From contig OY821641.1 of NCBI GenBank assembly GCA_963555995.3, positions 1,376,001 through 1,440,000 of the forward strand: a DNA stretch of 64,000 nucleotides. The letters run 5' to 3'. The notes beneath the pieces were generated by a model. That model had not been told where the DNA came from. It did no database searches and worked only from the letters and a program-made list of their open reading frames with translations. This DNA comes from Vicinamibacteria bacterium (GTDB lineage Bacteria > Acidobacteriota > Vicinamibacteria > Marinacidobacterales > Marinacidobacteraceae). Shown here piece by piece: positions 39,601-49,680 of this stretch; position 1 is the first letter of the stretch, and each line of letters begins with the position of its first letter. Position numbers and translations under genes: made by a program.

Positions 39601-40719
39601 ATGAAGCGACCCGGAAGAATCGCCGCGGTGCTGACCGGCCTCGCCGCCGGGACGGCGGCGATCCTGGTCGCGGTCCCCGGTTGGTTCGGCGCTGCGAGCG
39701 CCCATGAACCGGAACTCTCCCGCTACGGCTACTGGCGCGACATCCGTCCTCTCCTGGAGCAACACTGCGCTTCCTGCCACTCGGGGACCGGCCCCGCACC
39801 GGTCAACCTGATGCGCTACCTCGACGCGCTGCCGTGGGCCAACTCCATCGCCCGCCAGGTACTCCAGCGCCGGATGCCCCCCTGGTTGCCCGACGACGGC
39901 ACCGGCGATTTCGCGCATGCCCGGACGCTCGACGATCGGGAGACGGACATGCTCGTGGACTGGGCGATCGGGCTGGCCCCCGAGGGACCGGCTCCGGAGG
40001 ATGAGCCGGAGATTCCGGGCGCGGGGGCGGATTTGCCACCGAGCCGGCTCACGTTGGCCGAGCCGGTCGTCATCGGCGCGATGGAGTCCGTGGCAGCCGT
40101 GTGCCAACCGCTGGTCCGGGGTGAGGGAGTGGGGACGGCGGCAGCCGGTTTCGCGCTGATTCCCGGCGAGGCGGTCTCTATCCTGCGCCGGGCCGTGCTG
40201 TACGCCGGCGACGACTGCGCGAGCGGAGCGCCGCTCTTCACCTGGGTGGTGGGGCAGGGACCGCGCCTGCGGCCGGAGGGTGTCTTCGACCGCCTGCCGG
40301 AGCACACGGGTCTCTTCCTCCATCTGTCCTACCGCAAGGGCTTCGACACCGAGGGCCTGGAGTTCGAGGATGCGCCCCAGGTGGTGGTCTTCCCGCCCCT
40401 TGCGGACCGGACACGCGTCGTCGAGATGCTGGCGGTCGAGCCGGGAACCACCCCGGTGGGCCCGGCGACCCTCCTCTCCGTCCTGCCGCCCGAAGGACTC
40501 GACCCTGGCCCGGACGGATTCGCGGTGGAGGCCGTGGGAGACGACGGGGCGGTGACGCCGCTGCTGCGCATCCGCCGCTTCGATGCCGACTGGGCCGAGA
40601 AGTTCGCCTTCCGGGAGCCGGTGCGGCTGGCCGACGGCGCCGCCATCCGGGTCTCCCATCCGGGAGCGATTCTGGATCTGGTTCGCAGGCCGCCCGCCGG
40701 ACCCGACGACGATCCGTAG
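39601..40719 (+). CDS. Exported monoheme cytochrome c fused to a Cu-monooxygenase-like (PHM-fold) region
   Basis: Signal peptide; DIRPLLEQHCASCH; RRMPPW distal Met; DW...APEG; C-terminal LLRIRRFDADW..KFAFREPVRL..G. Confidence 0.62.
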   Translation: MKRPGRIAAVLTGLAAGTAAILVAVPGWFGAASAHEPELSRYGYWRDIRPLLEQHCASCHSGTGPAPVNLMRYLDALPWANSIARQVLQRRMPPWLPDDGTGDFAHARTLDDRETDMLVDWAIGLAPEGPAPEDEPEIPGAGADLPPSRLTLAEPVVIGAMESVAAVCQPLVRGEGVGTAAAGFALIPGEAVSILRRAVLYAGDDCASGAPLFTWVVGQGPRLRPEGVFDRLPEHTGLFLHLSYRKGFDTEGLEFEDAPQVVVFPPLADRTRVVEMLAVEPGTTPVGPATLLSVLPPEGLDPGPDGFAVEAVGDDGAVTPLLRIRRFDADWAEKFAFREPVRLADGAAIRVSHPGAILDLVRRPPAGPDDDP

Positions 40720-40753
40720 GGGCGAGGTTTCTCGCCGCGATGAGCACCCCTGC
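40716..40753 (+). repeat. GTAG-type REP-like palindrome overlapping a stop codon
   Basis: GTAGG-GGCGAG-GTTT-CTCGCC ... CCCCTGC; the TAG is the stop of the upstream gene. Confidence 0.4.
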
Positions 40754-40978
40754 GGGTCGGAGGCCGTCCGGCTCGCGCGGGCTCACCCGGCGCGCCCTGC
40801 TCGGGTTGGGTGCGCGGCGCGAGGCAGTTCAGCCCGATGATCTGAGTCGTTCGGAATACGCCGGTTGGAGGTCCGCGTGAAACGGAGGGGAGTGGACGTC
40901 CGGGCCCGACCCGGCTACGTGACGCGACGGTGAGGAACGGGGATGGGGGTCGCCACCCAGCCCGGTGGCGCAGACGGC

Positions 40979-41018
40979 CTGGAACGCCGGCCTCCGACCG
41001 GCATCGCGCGGGAGCGCG
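40979..41018 (+). repeat. REP-like element
   Basis: CTGGAAC-GCCGGCC-TCC-GACCGGC-AT-CGCGC-GGGA-GCGCG. Confidence 0.75.
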
Positions 41019-41086
41019 AAACGAGCGCCCGTGGTCCACCGCCAGGCGAACGCGAGCGCGGCACTCGGAGTGCATTGTCGTCAGTG

Positions 41087-41137
41087 TTGGCCTTACATAT
41101 TGCATGTGTCAATGCAAAACACTATAGTCAAGGCCAA
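41087..41137 (+). promoter_or_regulatory. Sigma70-type promoter with inverted-repeat operators for the TA operon
   Basis: -35 TTGCAT (41100-41105), 17-bp spacer, -10 TATAGT (41123-41128). Nested inverted repeats TTGCAT/ATGCAA and TTGGCCTT/AAGGCCAA. Confidence 0.7.
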
Positions 41138-41148
41138 TAGAAGCTTGC

Positions 41149-41382
41149 ATGCTTGAGTCCACGATCACTTCCCGGGGACAGACCACCGTGCCGAAGGCGG
41201 TCCGCGACGCCTTGGAACTGAAGGCCGGCGATCGGGTCCGCTACACGATCGAGGGTTCCGTGGTGCGGATCTGCCCGCTCAGGCCGATTGCAAGACTGCG
41301 TGGCATCGTGAAGCACAAGGGGCCGCCGTTGTCGCTTGAGGACATGGATCGGGCCATCGCCGAGGGTGCTTGCGAGTCTTGA
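41149..41382 (+). CDS. AbrB/MazE/SpoVT-family antitoxin
   Basis: STITSRGQTTVPKAVRDALELKAGDRV. Confidence 0.9.
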   Translation: MLESTITSRGQTTVPKAVRDALELKAGDRVRYTIEGSVVRICPLRPIARLRGIVKHKGPPLSLEDMDRAIAEGACES

Positions 41383-41792
41383 TCGCCCTTGACACGAACA
41401 TCCTCGTCCGATTTCTAACCGGCGACGATCCTGCTCAACAGGCGGAGGCGAGTGCTCTCCTCGATCGTTTGACTCCGGAGGAACCAGGTTTCATTGCGCG
41501 CGAGGTAGTGCTCGAACTGGTGTGGGTGCTTGGCCGCGGCTACGGCGTGCCGCGCAAACGAATCGCGGAGATCCTTGGCGAACTGCTCGAAACCCGAGGT
41601 CTGCTGTTTGAAAGTGCCGCAGATGTCGCCCATGCAGCCGCCGAATACGGACGGGGTGGCCCGGAGTTTGCCGACCGGATGATCCTCGCGGCGGCGCAGC
41701 GGGTGGAGGCCGTCCCTCTCTATACGTTCGACTACGGACTCTCCCGGTTACGTGACGCCGCCGCGGTCACGCGGCGTGATCTCCGGGAGTAG
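41379..41792 (+). CDS. PIN-domain VapC-type toxin
   Basis: MIALDTNILVR, ELVWVL, EFADRMI, LYTFD acidic tetrad. TTG start overlaps the antitoxin stop. Confidence 0.88.
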   Translation: MIALDTNILVRFLTGDDPAQQAEASALLDRLTPEEPGFIAREVVLELVWVLGRGYGVPRKRIAEILGELLETRGLLFESAADVAHAAAEYGRGGPEFADRMILAAAQRVEAVPLYTFDYGLSRLRDAAAVTRRDLRE

Positions 41793-41822
41793 ACGCGGCG
41801 ACATCCCGACCGCCGTACAGCA

Positions 41823-41854
41823 AACGGGGGCGGCGCGGGTGCGCCGCCCCCGTT
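41823..41854. terminator. Perfect 14-bp hairpin between convergent genes, probable terminator
   Basis: AACGGGGGCGGCGC-GGGT-GCGCCGCCCCCGTT, with a short T run on the minus strand. Confidence 0.6.
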
Positions 41855-41871
41855 GCTGACGTTCGCTGGAC

Positions 41872-43479
41872 CTACTGCTGCATGTCCGTGGTCGCCGTGG
41901 CGTGGCTGCGGACCTCCTCGAGGAAGGGAACGTCGCCGTCGGCTTCGGTCAGGAAGGTCTGGAGCGTCGCGTAGGCGCGGTTCGCCGCGTCCTCGTCGCC
42001 GAGCGCGGTCGTCGCGCGGGCGAGTCCGAGCAGCGAAGCCGTCCGGTTCGGGGTCCGGGTGAGGCTGGTCTCGAACTGGGCGCGGGCCTTCTCCGCCTTG
42101 CCGGCGGCGAGGAGCAGTTCGCCCCGCAGCTCGTGCGACGGCTTCATCGGGTAGGTCGGGCCGGACGGCGGGTCCTGGGTCTCTTCGATCTTGGTCGCCG
42201 CCTTCGCGTGCTTCAGAGCGCCCTCGGTGTCCCCGGCGAGTTGGGCCGCCAGCGCCTCGATCTCGTGCTGCATGATGCGCACGGAGTCGGCCTGGTACGC
42301 CTCCCCGTCCGCGGCGCGCTTGTCGGCGAGCGCCTGGAGCTGCTTGGCGGCTTCGGCGGCCCCGGCCTCGTCCCTCTCGGCGAACGCCTTCATGCCCGCG
42401 GCGAGGAGCAGGTTCGCGGTGGAGTTGTAGCGGCTCGTGTCCACGTCGCCCTTCGGCAACGAGATCGCGTCGTAGCGGCCGGTCTCGATCGCGTGGCGGG
42501 CCACCATGGAGGCGGAGATCCGCCGGAGCCGGTTGTCGTCGGTCTCGGCGACGGCATCGTCCACAATGGCGATGGCGTCGAGGACGGCGCCGTAGACGCC
42601 GCGCTGGAGGTCCGCGTAGGCCTTCCACTCGAGGCTGTGGTAGTCCCGCTTGGTGATCGAGAGGTTCTTCCGCTCCACCCACTTGGCGGAGGCGTTGTAG
42701 GCCACGTCGTTCGAAGCCGAGACCCGGTTCCACATCCCGTGCTGCACGAAGATGTGGGAGGGCATGTGCTGCGCGTGGTGCGCCTCGGGCGCGATTTCGG
42801 CGTAGCGGTTCGCCGCCTCGAGGGCGAGGGGCGCGTGCTCGGGATCGTCGAAGGAATGGATCACGTAGTGCGCGGCGCCGGGGTGGTTCGGCTCGCGCTG
42901 GAAGAGGTCGGTGACGATGGCGCCCGCCTTCATCTGGCGGTGGAAGCCGGGCTCGCCGCGGCGGACGAGGCCGAGGTAGGAAAGGGCGTAGAACGCCTGG
43001 GCCTCGTTGTCCTCGGGATGGGCCTCGGCGAGGCGCCGCATCGCCTGGTGGTAGAGCTCGTCGCGCTCGTACTTGTCACCGGGGCCGTAGAGGACTTCCA
43101 CCGTGTCCATGTAGAGGCGTTCGCGGTCCGTCGGGGTCTTGGCCCGGCGTTCGGCGCGGGTGTCCCCGAAGCGCTTCAGGACATCCCGCGCGGCGCTGAT
43201 GTCCTGCTCCGACCACAGCGGGTGGTTGTGGCTGACCGCCTCGCCCCAGTAGGCGAGGGCGAAGTCGGGATCAATCTCCTGGGCGTTCTTGAAGGCCTCT
43301 CCCGCTTCCTCGTACCAGAAGCTGTGGAGCGCCGCGACACCCCGCTGGAAGGCGGCCTGGGCGGCCTCCGAGCCGGAGTTCGGGAAGTGCACGGTGCCGA
43401 GGTCGGACTCTTCCTCGGCGAAGGTCGGCGCCGCGATGAGTGCGAGGGCGGCGAGAGCGAGCATGGTTTTCTTGAACAT
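41872..43479 (-). CDS. Secreted TPR protein
   Basis: Signal peptide MFKKTMLALAAL; LGTVHFPNS, GVAALHSFWY, AYWGEA, HPGAAHYVIHSFD, HAQHMPSHIF. GGAGG RBS. Confidence 0.8.
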   Translation of the reverse strand: MFKKTMLALAALALIAAPTFAEEESDLGTVHFPNSGSEAAQAAFQRGVAALHSFWYEEAGEAFKNAQEIDPDFALAYWGEAVSHNHPLWSEQDISAARDVLKRFGDTRAERRAKTPTDRERLYMDTVEVLYGPGDKYERDELYHQAMRRLAEAHPEDNEAQAFYALSYLGLVRRGEPGFHRQMKAGAIVTDLFQREPNHPGAAHYVIHSFDDPEHAPLALEAANRYAEIAPEAHHAQHMPSHIFVQHGMWNRVSASNDVAYNASAKWVERKNLSITKRDYHSLEWKAYADLQRGVYGAVLDAIAIVDDAVAETDDNRLRRISASMVARHAIETGRYDAISLPKGDVDTSRYNSTANLLLAAGMKAFAERDEAGAAEAAKQLQALADKRAADGEAYQADSVRIMQHEIEALAAQLAGDTEGALKHAKAATKIEETQDPPSGPTYPMKPSHELRGELLLAAGKAEKARAQFETSLTRTPNRTASLLGLARATTALGDEDAANRAYATLQTFLTEADGDVPFLEEVRSHATATTDMQQ

Positions 43480-43601
43480 GGGACCCTCCATCCGGGAGGC
43501 GCGATCTGCGCTCGGAAAGGTCAATTTTAGCCGAGCGGAGGGAGTGGGCGCGAACGCATTGGGGTGGTGGGATTCCATGCCGAGGCGCCGTCGAGCCGGG
43601 T

Positions 43602-43665
43602 GGGGTTGCGACGTGCGCGGCGCGGAGCGCCGCGGTGCCGGTCTGGAGGCCGGCGTTCCAAGCCG
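43602..43665 (-). repeat. REP-like double-hairpin element
   Basis: GTGCGCGGCGCGGAGCGCCGCGGTGCCGGTCTGGAGGCCGGCGTTCCAAGCC. Confidence 0.88.
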
Positions 43666-43726
43666 TGTGTGTCGTGGGGCCGGCTGGAGGTGGGAGCCCG
43701 CCGCCGCGCTCTCGGAGCGTGGCGGG

Positions 43727-44206
43727 TCAGTTCGCGTTCGTGAACAGGAGGCTGAAAACCGCGATAAGCACCGTGATCAGGAGGGCATAGGCCCCGACCA
43801 TGATCTGCCCCAGCAGTTTCAGCCCGTCGATGCGCGCGACGATCATGTCCAACCGATGGTCGCGTTCGGCTCCGGCCTTGGCAAGATTGCGTACCTCTAC
43901 TGTGAGGTCGCGTACCTCTACTGTGAGGTCGCGTACCTTCACGGTGAGGTCACGGACGATGGCGGCGAGATCGCGGACTTCCGCCTGGATCGGCTGGGTG
44001 TGCGCGGCGACGGTCTCCGATGTCATCGTGTGCATCTTCTTTTCCGCAGTATAGGCGAGCCTTGCCTCGACGCCCGCGTCGAGCAGTGCGTGGAAAATGG
44101 CGCTTTCCTCGGCGGGCTTCGGGGTGCCGGCGGGCGGAGTCTTCGGTAGCGGGGCCGATTCCGGCGCGGCTGCGGGCTCGGGCGTCGGCGGGGTGGGCTG
44201 GGGCAT
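43727..44206 (-). CDS. Coiled-coil, C-terminally membrane-anchored protein (DUF1640/CCDC90-like)
   Basis: Pro-rich N-terminus, IFHALLDAGV head, VRDL heptad repeats, C-terminal TM helix. AAGGAG RBS. Confidence 0.55.
   Translation of the reverse strand: MPQPTPPTPEPAAAPESAPLPKTPPAGTPKPAEESAIFHALLDAGVEARLAYTAEKKMHTMTSETVAAHTQPIQAEVRDLAAIVRDLTVKVRDLTVEVRDLTVEVRNLAKAGAERDHRLDMIVARIDGLKLLGQIMVGAYALLITVLIAVFSLLFTNAN
43891..43974. repeat. 21-bp intragenic tandem repeat (4 units)
   Basis: GTACCTCTACTGTGAGGTCGC twice exactly, plus two diverged units. Confidence 0.85.
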
Positions 44207-44419
44207 CGGGAACTCCTTCGGGAACGCCGGAGGACACGGCGTCCTCCGCTACTTCCCTAGGCGCAATTCCGGCCCGTTTTTTCCCACTTCGCGAGGAAAT
44301 GTGGAAAAGTCGAAGCGAATGTGCACTTCCGCTGCGTGTTGTGGCGGTACCGGCGTTCCAGGCCGTCGCGCCGCCTGCGCTGGGGAACCGTGCACCGGGA
44401 CGGGCGCCGTTTTGGTGGG

Positions 44420-44485
44420 TGGGGTTGGGTCGTGCGCGGCGCGGAGCGCCGCGGTGCCGGTCTGGAGACTGGGGTTCCAAGCCGG
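44420..44485 (-). repeat. REP-like double-hairpin element (partial extra copy at 44349-44364)
   Basis: CGTGCGCGGCGCGGAGCGCCGCGGTGCCGGTCTGGAGACTGGGGTTCCAAGCC, near-identical to 43612-43664. Confidence 0.85.
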
Positions 44486-44547
44486 CTGGGGGGTCCCGGC
44501 GTAACATTCCGGGAACGGGCGGGGAGTCACGGGAGTTTTCTTGAGCG

Positions 44548-45543
<996 letters not shown>

Positions 45544-45563
45544 CAACCGGTCCGCTCGATAGC

Positions 45564-46568
45564 GTGGTGGCCTCGAAAGACGCGCCCGCCGCGGCGGGGC
45601 GCGGCAAGGACCGGACGGGCTTTTTCGCGTCGCTGTTTTCGCCGCGCACTCCGTCGGGGGAACCGGGGCCTGCTACCGAGGTCTCGACCGCGGAACTCCT
45701 CGCCCGGGTGCGGCACATCGAGATCCGCACCCGCAAGCTGGTGACCGAGGCGCTGGCGGGCGCCTACCTGAGCACCTTCAAGGGGCAGGGGATGGAGTTC
45801 TCGGAGGTCCGCGAGTACGCCCCGGGCGACGACATCCGCTCGGTGGACTGGAACGTCACCTCCCGGACCGGAGATCTCCACGTCAAGAAGTTCGTCGAGG
45901 AGCGCGAACAGACCGTGCTGTTCCTTCTCGACGTCTCGCGCTCCTTCGCGTTCGGCAGCCGTCGTGATTTCAAGCGGGCCACCGCCGCCGAGGCGTCCGC
46001 CGCCCTTGCCTTCTCGGCCATCCGGTCCGGGGACCGGGTCGGCGCGCTGCTCTTCACCGACCGCCCCGAAATTCGCCTTCCGGCGCGGAAGGGCCGCCGG
46101 CACGGCCTCCGGGTGCTGCGGGACCTCCTCTACTTCGAGCCCGAGGGCGCCGGGACCGACATCGCGGAGGCGCTCAGCGTGCTGAATCGGGCGGTGCGCC
46201 GGCGCGCGACCGTCTTCCTGGTCAGCGACTTCGTCGGAGATCCGCCCGAGCGCTGGGTGCGTCCCCTCCGGGTGGCGGCGCGCCGGCACGACCTGATCGC
46301 CGTCCGGGTCACGGACGTCCGGGAGCACGCGGTCCCGGACGTCGGCCTCATCGAACTCGAAGACGCCGAGTCCGGAGTTCCGGTGCGGCTGGACACCTCG
46401 GACCGGCGGGTGCGGGACGCCTTCCGCGACCGCGCCCTCAAGGCCCGCGCGGCGGCCTCGCGGGCGCTTCGCGAGACGGGCGTGGACGTGGTGGAGGTGG
46501 CGGCGGGAGAGCCCTACGACGCTCCCCTGCGCAAGTTCTTCCGGATGCGGGAGAAGCGGCGGCGATGA
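45564..46568 (+). CDS. DUF58 family protein
   Basis: FKGQGMEFSEVREY.PGDDIRSVDWNVTSR, VKKFVEERE, LDVSRS, VSDF. Confidence 0.9.
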   Translation: MVASKDAPAAAGRGKDRTGFFASLFSPRTPSGEPGPATEVSTAELLARVRHIEIRTRKLVTEALAGAYLSTFKGQGMEFSEVREYAPGDDIRSVDWNVTSRTGDLHVKKFVEEREQTVLFLLDVSRSFAFGSRRDFKRATAAEASAALAFSAIRSGDRVGALLFTDRPEIRLPARKGRRHGLRVLRDLLYFEPEGAGTDIAEALSVLNRAVRRRATVFLVSDFVGDPPERWVRPLRVAARRHDLIAVRVTDVREHAVPDVGLIELEDAESGVPVRLDTSDRRVRDAFRDRALKARAAASRALRETGVDVVEVAAGEPYDAPLRKFFRMREKRRR

Positions 46569-47620
46569 GAGCCACCGCCCTCCTGACCGCGTTCTCCTGC
46601 CTGGCGGCGGCATCCGCCACCGGCGCATTCGCCCAGCCCGGACCGGAACCGGTTGCCGGCGCCATCGCCGAAGTGGTCTCCGAGCCGGTGGAGGTCGGGG
46701 ACGTCTTCGAACTGGAGATCGTCGTGGAACACTCCGAGGGCGCGGAGGCCGCCCCGGTGGTCGAGGAGAGCCTCGGCGACTTCCGGATCCTGGGGGCGGT
46801 CCCGGTCGCGCCGGACGGCGCCCCCGCCGGGGAGAGCCGGTTTCGCCTCCGGCTCGGCGCCTTCGTGCTTCCGGGCGACCACGAAATCCCCCCCGTGCCG
46901 GTCGGCGTCCGGGCCGCCGGCGGCGAACTGTCGCTCATCCAGACGCCGCCGGCGCCGGTGCGGGTGGTCTCGTCGCTGCCGCCCGACGCCGAAGCGGCCG
47001 GGGGAGACATCCATGACATCCGGGGACCTTTCGAACTGAACGTGCCCCCGCGCTGGGGAGCGATCGGCCTGCTCGCCCTGGGAGTCCTGGTCCTCCTCGC
47101 CGCCGCCTGGTGGCTCTGGCGGCGCCGTCGCCCCCGCGAGGCGCCGGCCGTCCCGCTTCCTCCGCCGGCGGCGGAGGCGGAGGCCGCGCTCGCCCGGCTG
47201 GCCCGGGCCGGACTCCTCGAAAAGGGCGACGTGGTGGGTTATTACGAGCGCCTCGCCGGGATCATGAAGCGCTACGCGGGGCGGCGGTTCGAGACGCCGT
47301 GGAGTGAACGGACCACCGGGGAGGTCCTCCGGGACCTGCGGCTGCGCGCCGCGTCCCGACACGGCGAGGCGCTGACGCTGCTCGCGTCCATCCTGGGTGA
47401 GGCGGACCTCGCCAAGTTCAGCGAACGGGCCTTCCGTCCGGACGCCGCGCAGTCGCGGTTCCGGGAGGCGGGGATGTTCCTGGACCGGACCCGCCCGCCG
47501 CTCACCCCGGAGCCGGATTCCGGGGACGGGGCGGGGAAGGAACGCGCGCTGCCTCCCGGCGGCGCCGGACCGCCCGCCCGGGTGTCCGGGAGGACGCCGC
47601 CCGAGGTGGAGGTCCGCTGA
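46565..47620 (+). CDS. Bat-operon single-pass membrane protein (DUF4381/BatD-like)
   Basis: Signal peptide, Ig-like region, DIHDIRGP, TM helix, ERTT.E and ADLAKF motifs; position between DUF58 and BatA. Confidence 0.65.
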   Translation: MRATALLTAFSCLAAASATGAFAQPGPEPVAGAIAEVVSEPVEVGDVFELEIVVEHSEGAEAAPVVEESLGDFRILGAVPVAPDGAPAGESRFRLRLGAFVLPGDHEIPPVPVGVRAAGGELSLIQTPPAPVRVVSSLPPDAEAAGGDIHDIRGPFELNVPPRWGAIGLLALGVLVLLAAAWWLWRRRRPREAPAVPLPPPAAEAEAALARLARAGLLEKGDVVGYYERLAGIMKRYAGRRFETPWSERTTGEVLRDLRLRAASRHGEALTLLASILGEADLAKFSERAFRPDAAQSRFREAGMFLDRTRPPLTPEPDSGDGAGKERALPPGGAGPPARVSGRTPPEVEVR

Positions 47621-48597
47621 TGCGCCTGCTGTGGCCGGCGGCGCTCCTGCTGCTGCTCCTGGTTCCGCTGTTCGCGATCCGCGCGCGGCGGCTCGCCCCA
47701 CCGTCGCTGCGGTTCCCGGAGGCCGCCGGGCTCCGGGCGTTACCCCGCTCGCTCCGCTCCCGGCTCGCCTTCCTCCCCGGAGCGCTCGTGCTCGCCGCGC
47801 TGGCGCTCGCCGCGGTGGCGCTCGCCCGTCCCCAGACCGGGATCACCGAGGAGACCGGCGCCAGCCTCGGGGTGGACATCGTGCTTGCCCTCGACATCTC
47901 CTCGAGCATGCGGGCGGAGGACTTCGCTCCGGCGAATCGCCTGGTTGCCGCCAAGGAGGTGCTCGAGGACTTCATTGACCGGCGGACGGACGACCGCCTG
48001 GGAGCGGTGGCGTTCGCCCGGAACGCGGTGACGCTCAGCCCCTTGACGCTCGATCACGGCGTCCTCACGGACCGGCTCCGGGAAGTGGACATCGGCGACA
48101 TCCCCGACGGGACCGCCATCGGCAATGCCATCGCGGCCTCGGTCAACCGGCTCGCGGGTTCCGAGGCCGAGAGCCGCGTCATCGTCCTGCTCACCGACGG
48201 GGTCTCGAACGCCGGGGAGATCCACCCGTTGACCGCCGCCGGGCTGGCCCGCACCCGGGGGATCCGGGTCTACACGGTGGGCGCCGGGAGCCAGCAGGGC
48301 GGGCGGATGGTCATGCGGCGGCCGGACGGCTCCCTCGATGTCCGGACGGCGCCCGGCATTGACGAAGCGATGCTCACCGAGGTCGCGGACGCGACCGGGG
48401 GCCGCTACTTCCGGGCCCGCGACAGCGAAGGGCTCCGGGCGGTGTACCAGGAGATCGACGCGCTGGAGCGGACCGAACTCCAGGCGCCGACCTGGACGAG
48501 CTGGTCGGACGATGGGCCCCGGCTCGCCGGCTGGGCGGCGGTCCTCCTGTTTTCCGGCCTGGCGCTCGGCGCCACGGTGCTCAGGACGGCGCCATGA
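47620..48597 (+). CDS. batA: VWA domain protein BatA
   Basis: N-terminal TMs, ALARPQ, MIDAS DISSSM, PLTLD, GTAIG, LLTDG.SNAG, TGGRYFRA. Confidence 0.85.
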   Translation: MRLLWPAALLLLLLVPLFAIRARRLAPPSLRFPEAAGLRALPRSLRSRLAFLPGALVLAALALAAVALARPQTGITEETGASLGVDIVLALDISSSMRAEDFAPANRLVAAKEVLEDFIDRRTDDRLGAVAFARNAVTLSPLTLDHGVLTDRLREVDIGDIPDGTAIGNAIAASVNRLAGSEAESRVIVLLTDGVSNAGEIHPLTAAGLARTRGIRVYTVGAGSQQGGRMVMRRPDGSLDVRTAPGIDEAMLTEVADATGGRYFRARDSEGLRAVYQEIDALERTELQAPTWTSWSDDGPRLAGWAAVLLFSGLALGATVLRTAP

Positions 48598-48651
48598 CGT
48601 CCGGAACACGACCGTTGTCCGCGCCCCGTGCCCGACAGGGAGATCGCTGAA

Positions 48652-49680
48652 ATGCGCTTCGGCGAGCCGTCGGCGCTGCTTCTGCTGCTGCTCTTTCCGC
48701 TGGCGGCGGGCCTCGTCCTCCTGGCGGCGCGGCGCGGACGGAGGGTCCTGGGCCGCTTTGGAGTCCGCACGGCGGCGCTGATCGAAGGCGACAGCCGAAC
48801 CCGCCGCCGGTTCCGGGACTTCCTGTTGCTGGGCGCCGTCCTCCTGCTCGCGACCGCGGCCGCGCGCCCGCAGTGGGGACGGCAGGAACAGGAGGTGACC
48901 CTGGTCGGGGTGGACGTCGTCCTCGCAATGGACACCTCCTTCAGCATGGACGCCCGCGACGTGGCGCCTTCCCGGATGGAGCGGGCGCGCTACATCGCCG
49001 GCGAGCTGCTCGACCGGATGGTCGGGAACCGGGTGGGGATCGTGGCGTTTTCCGGGACGGCCTTCACCCAGTGTCCGCTCACCCATGATCTCGGCGCCGT
49101 TCGGACCCTGCTCGCCGGGATCGCCACCGGCGCCGTGGAGAGTCCCGGAACGAACCTGGCCGCCATGATCGAGGAGGCGGCCCGCGCCTTCGAGCGCCAG
49201 GAGAGCCGGCACCGCGTGGTCGTGCTGCTCACCGACGGCCAGCAGGACGACCTGCGGGTCACCGAGATCGCGGAAGTGGCCCGGACGGCGAACGAACGGG
49301 ACATCGTCGTCCTTCCGGTCGGGGTGGGGACGCCCGGCGGGGCCACCATCCCGGCGGACTCGGATTCCGGGCCGACGCTGATGCGCGACGCCGCCGGTTC
49401 TCCCATCGTGAGCCGGTTGGACCGCGCGGCGCTCGCCGAACTGGCGGCGCTGACCGGCGGCGTCTTCTTCGAGGTGTCCGCGGACGATCGGGAGATCGAA
49501 GGATTGACGGCCCGGATCGCCGGGATCGAAGGAGGAGAGCTCGGCGCCCAGATCTCCCGGCGCTATCGGGAGCGGTTCTGGATCCCCGCCGCACTTGCCG
49601 TCGGTTTGATCGCGGCGGCCGGGTTCGCAAGCCCGTCGCGCCGCCGCCGGTCGCCGGCAAGCCGGGGAGGGCTTTCGTGA
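48652..49680 (+). CDS. batB: VWA domain protein BatB
   Basis: ARPQWG, DTSFSM..DVAPSRM, PLTHD, LLTDG, VGVGT..G. Confidence 0.82.
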   Translation: MRFGEPSALLLLLLFPLAAGLVLLAARRGRRVLGRFGVRTAALIEGDSRTRRRFRDFLLLGAVLLLATAAARPQWGRQEQEVTLVGVDVVLAMDTSFSMDARDVAPSRMERARYIAGELLDRMVGNRVGIVAFSGTAFTQCPLTHDLGAVRTLLAGIATGAVESPGTNLAAMIEEAARAFERQESRHRVVVLLTDGQQDDLRVTEIAEVARTANERDIVVLPVGVGTPGGATIPADSDSGPTLMRDAAGSPIVSRLDRAALAELAALTGGVFFEVSADDREIEGLTARIAGIEGGELGAQISRRYRERFWIPAALAVGLIAAAGFASPSRRRRSPASRGGLS

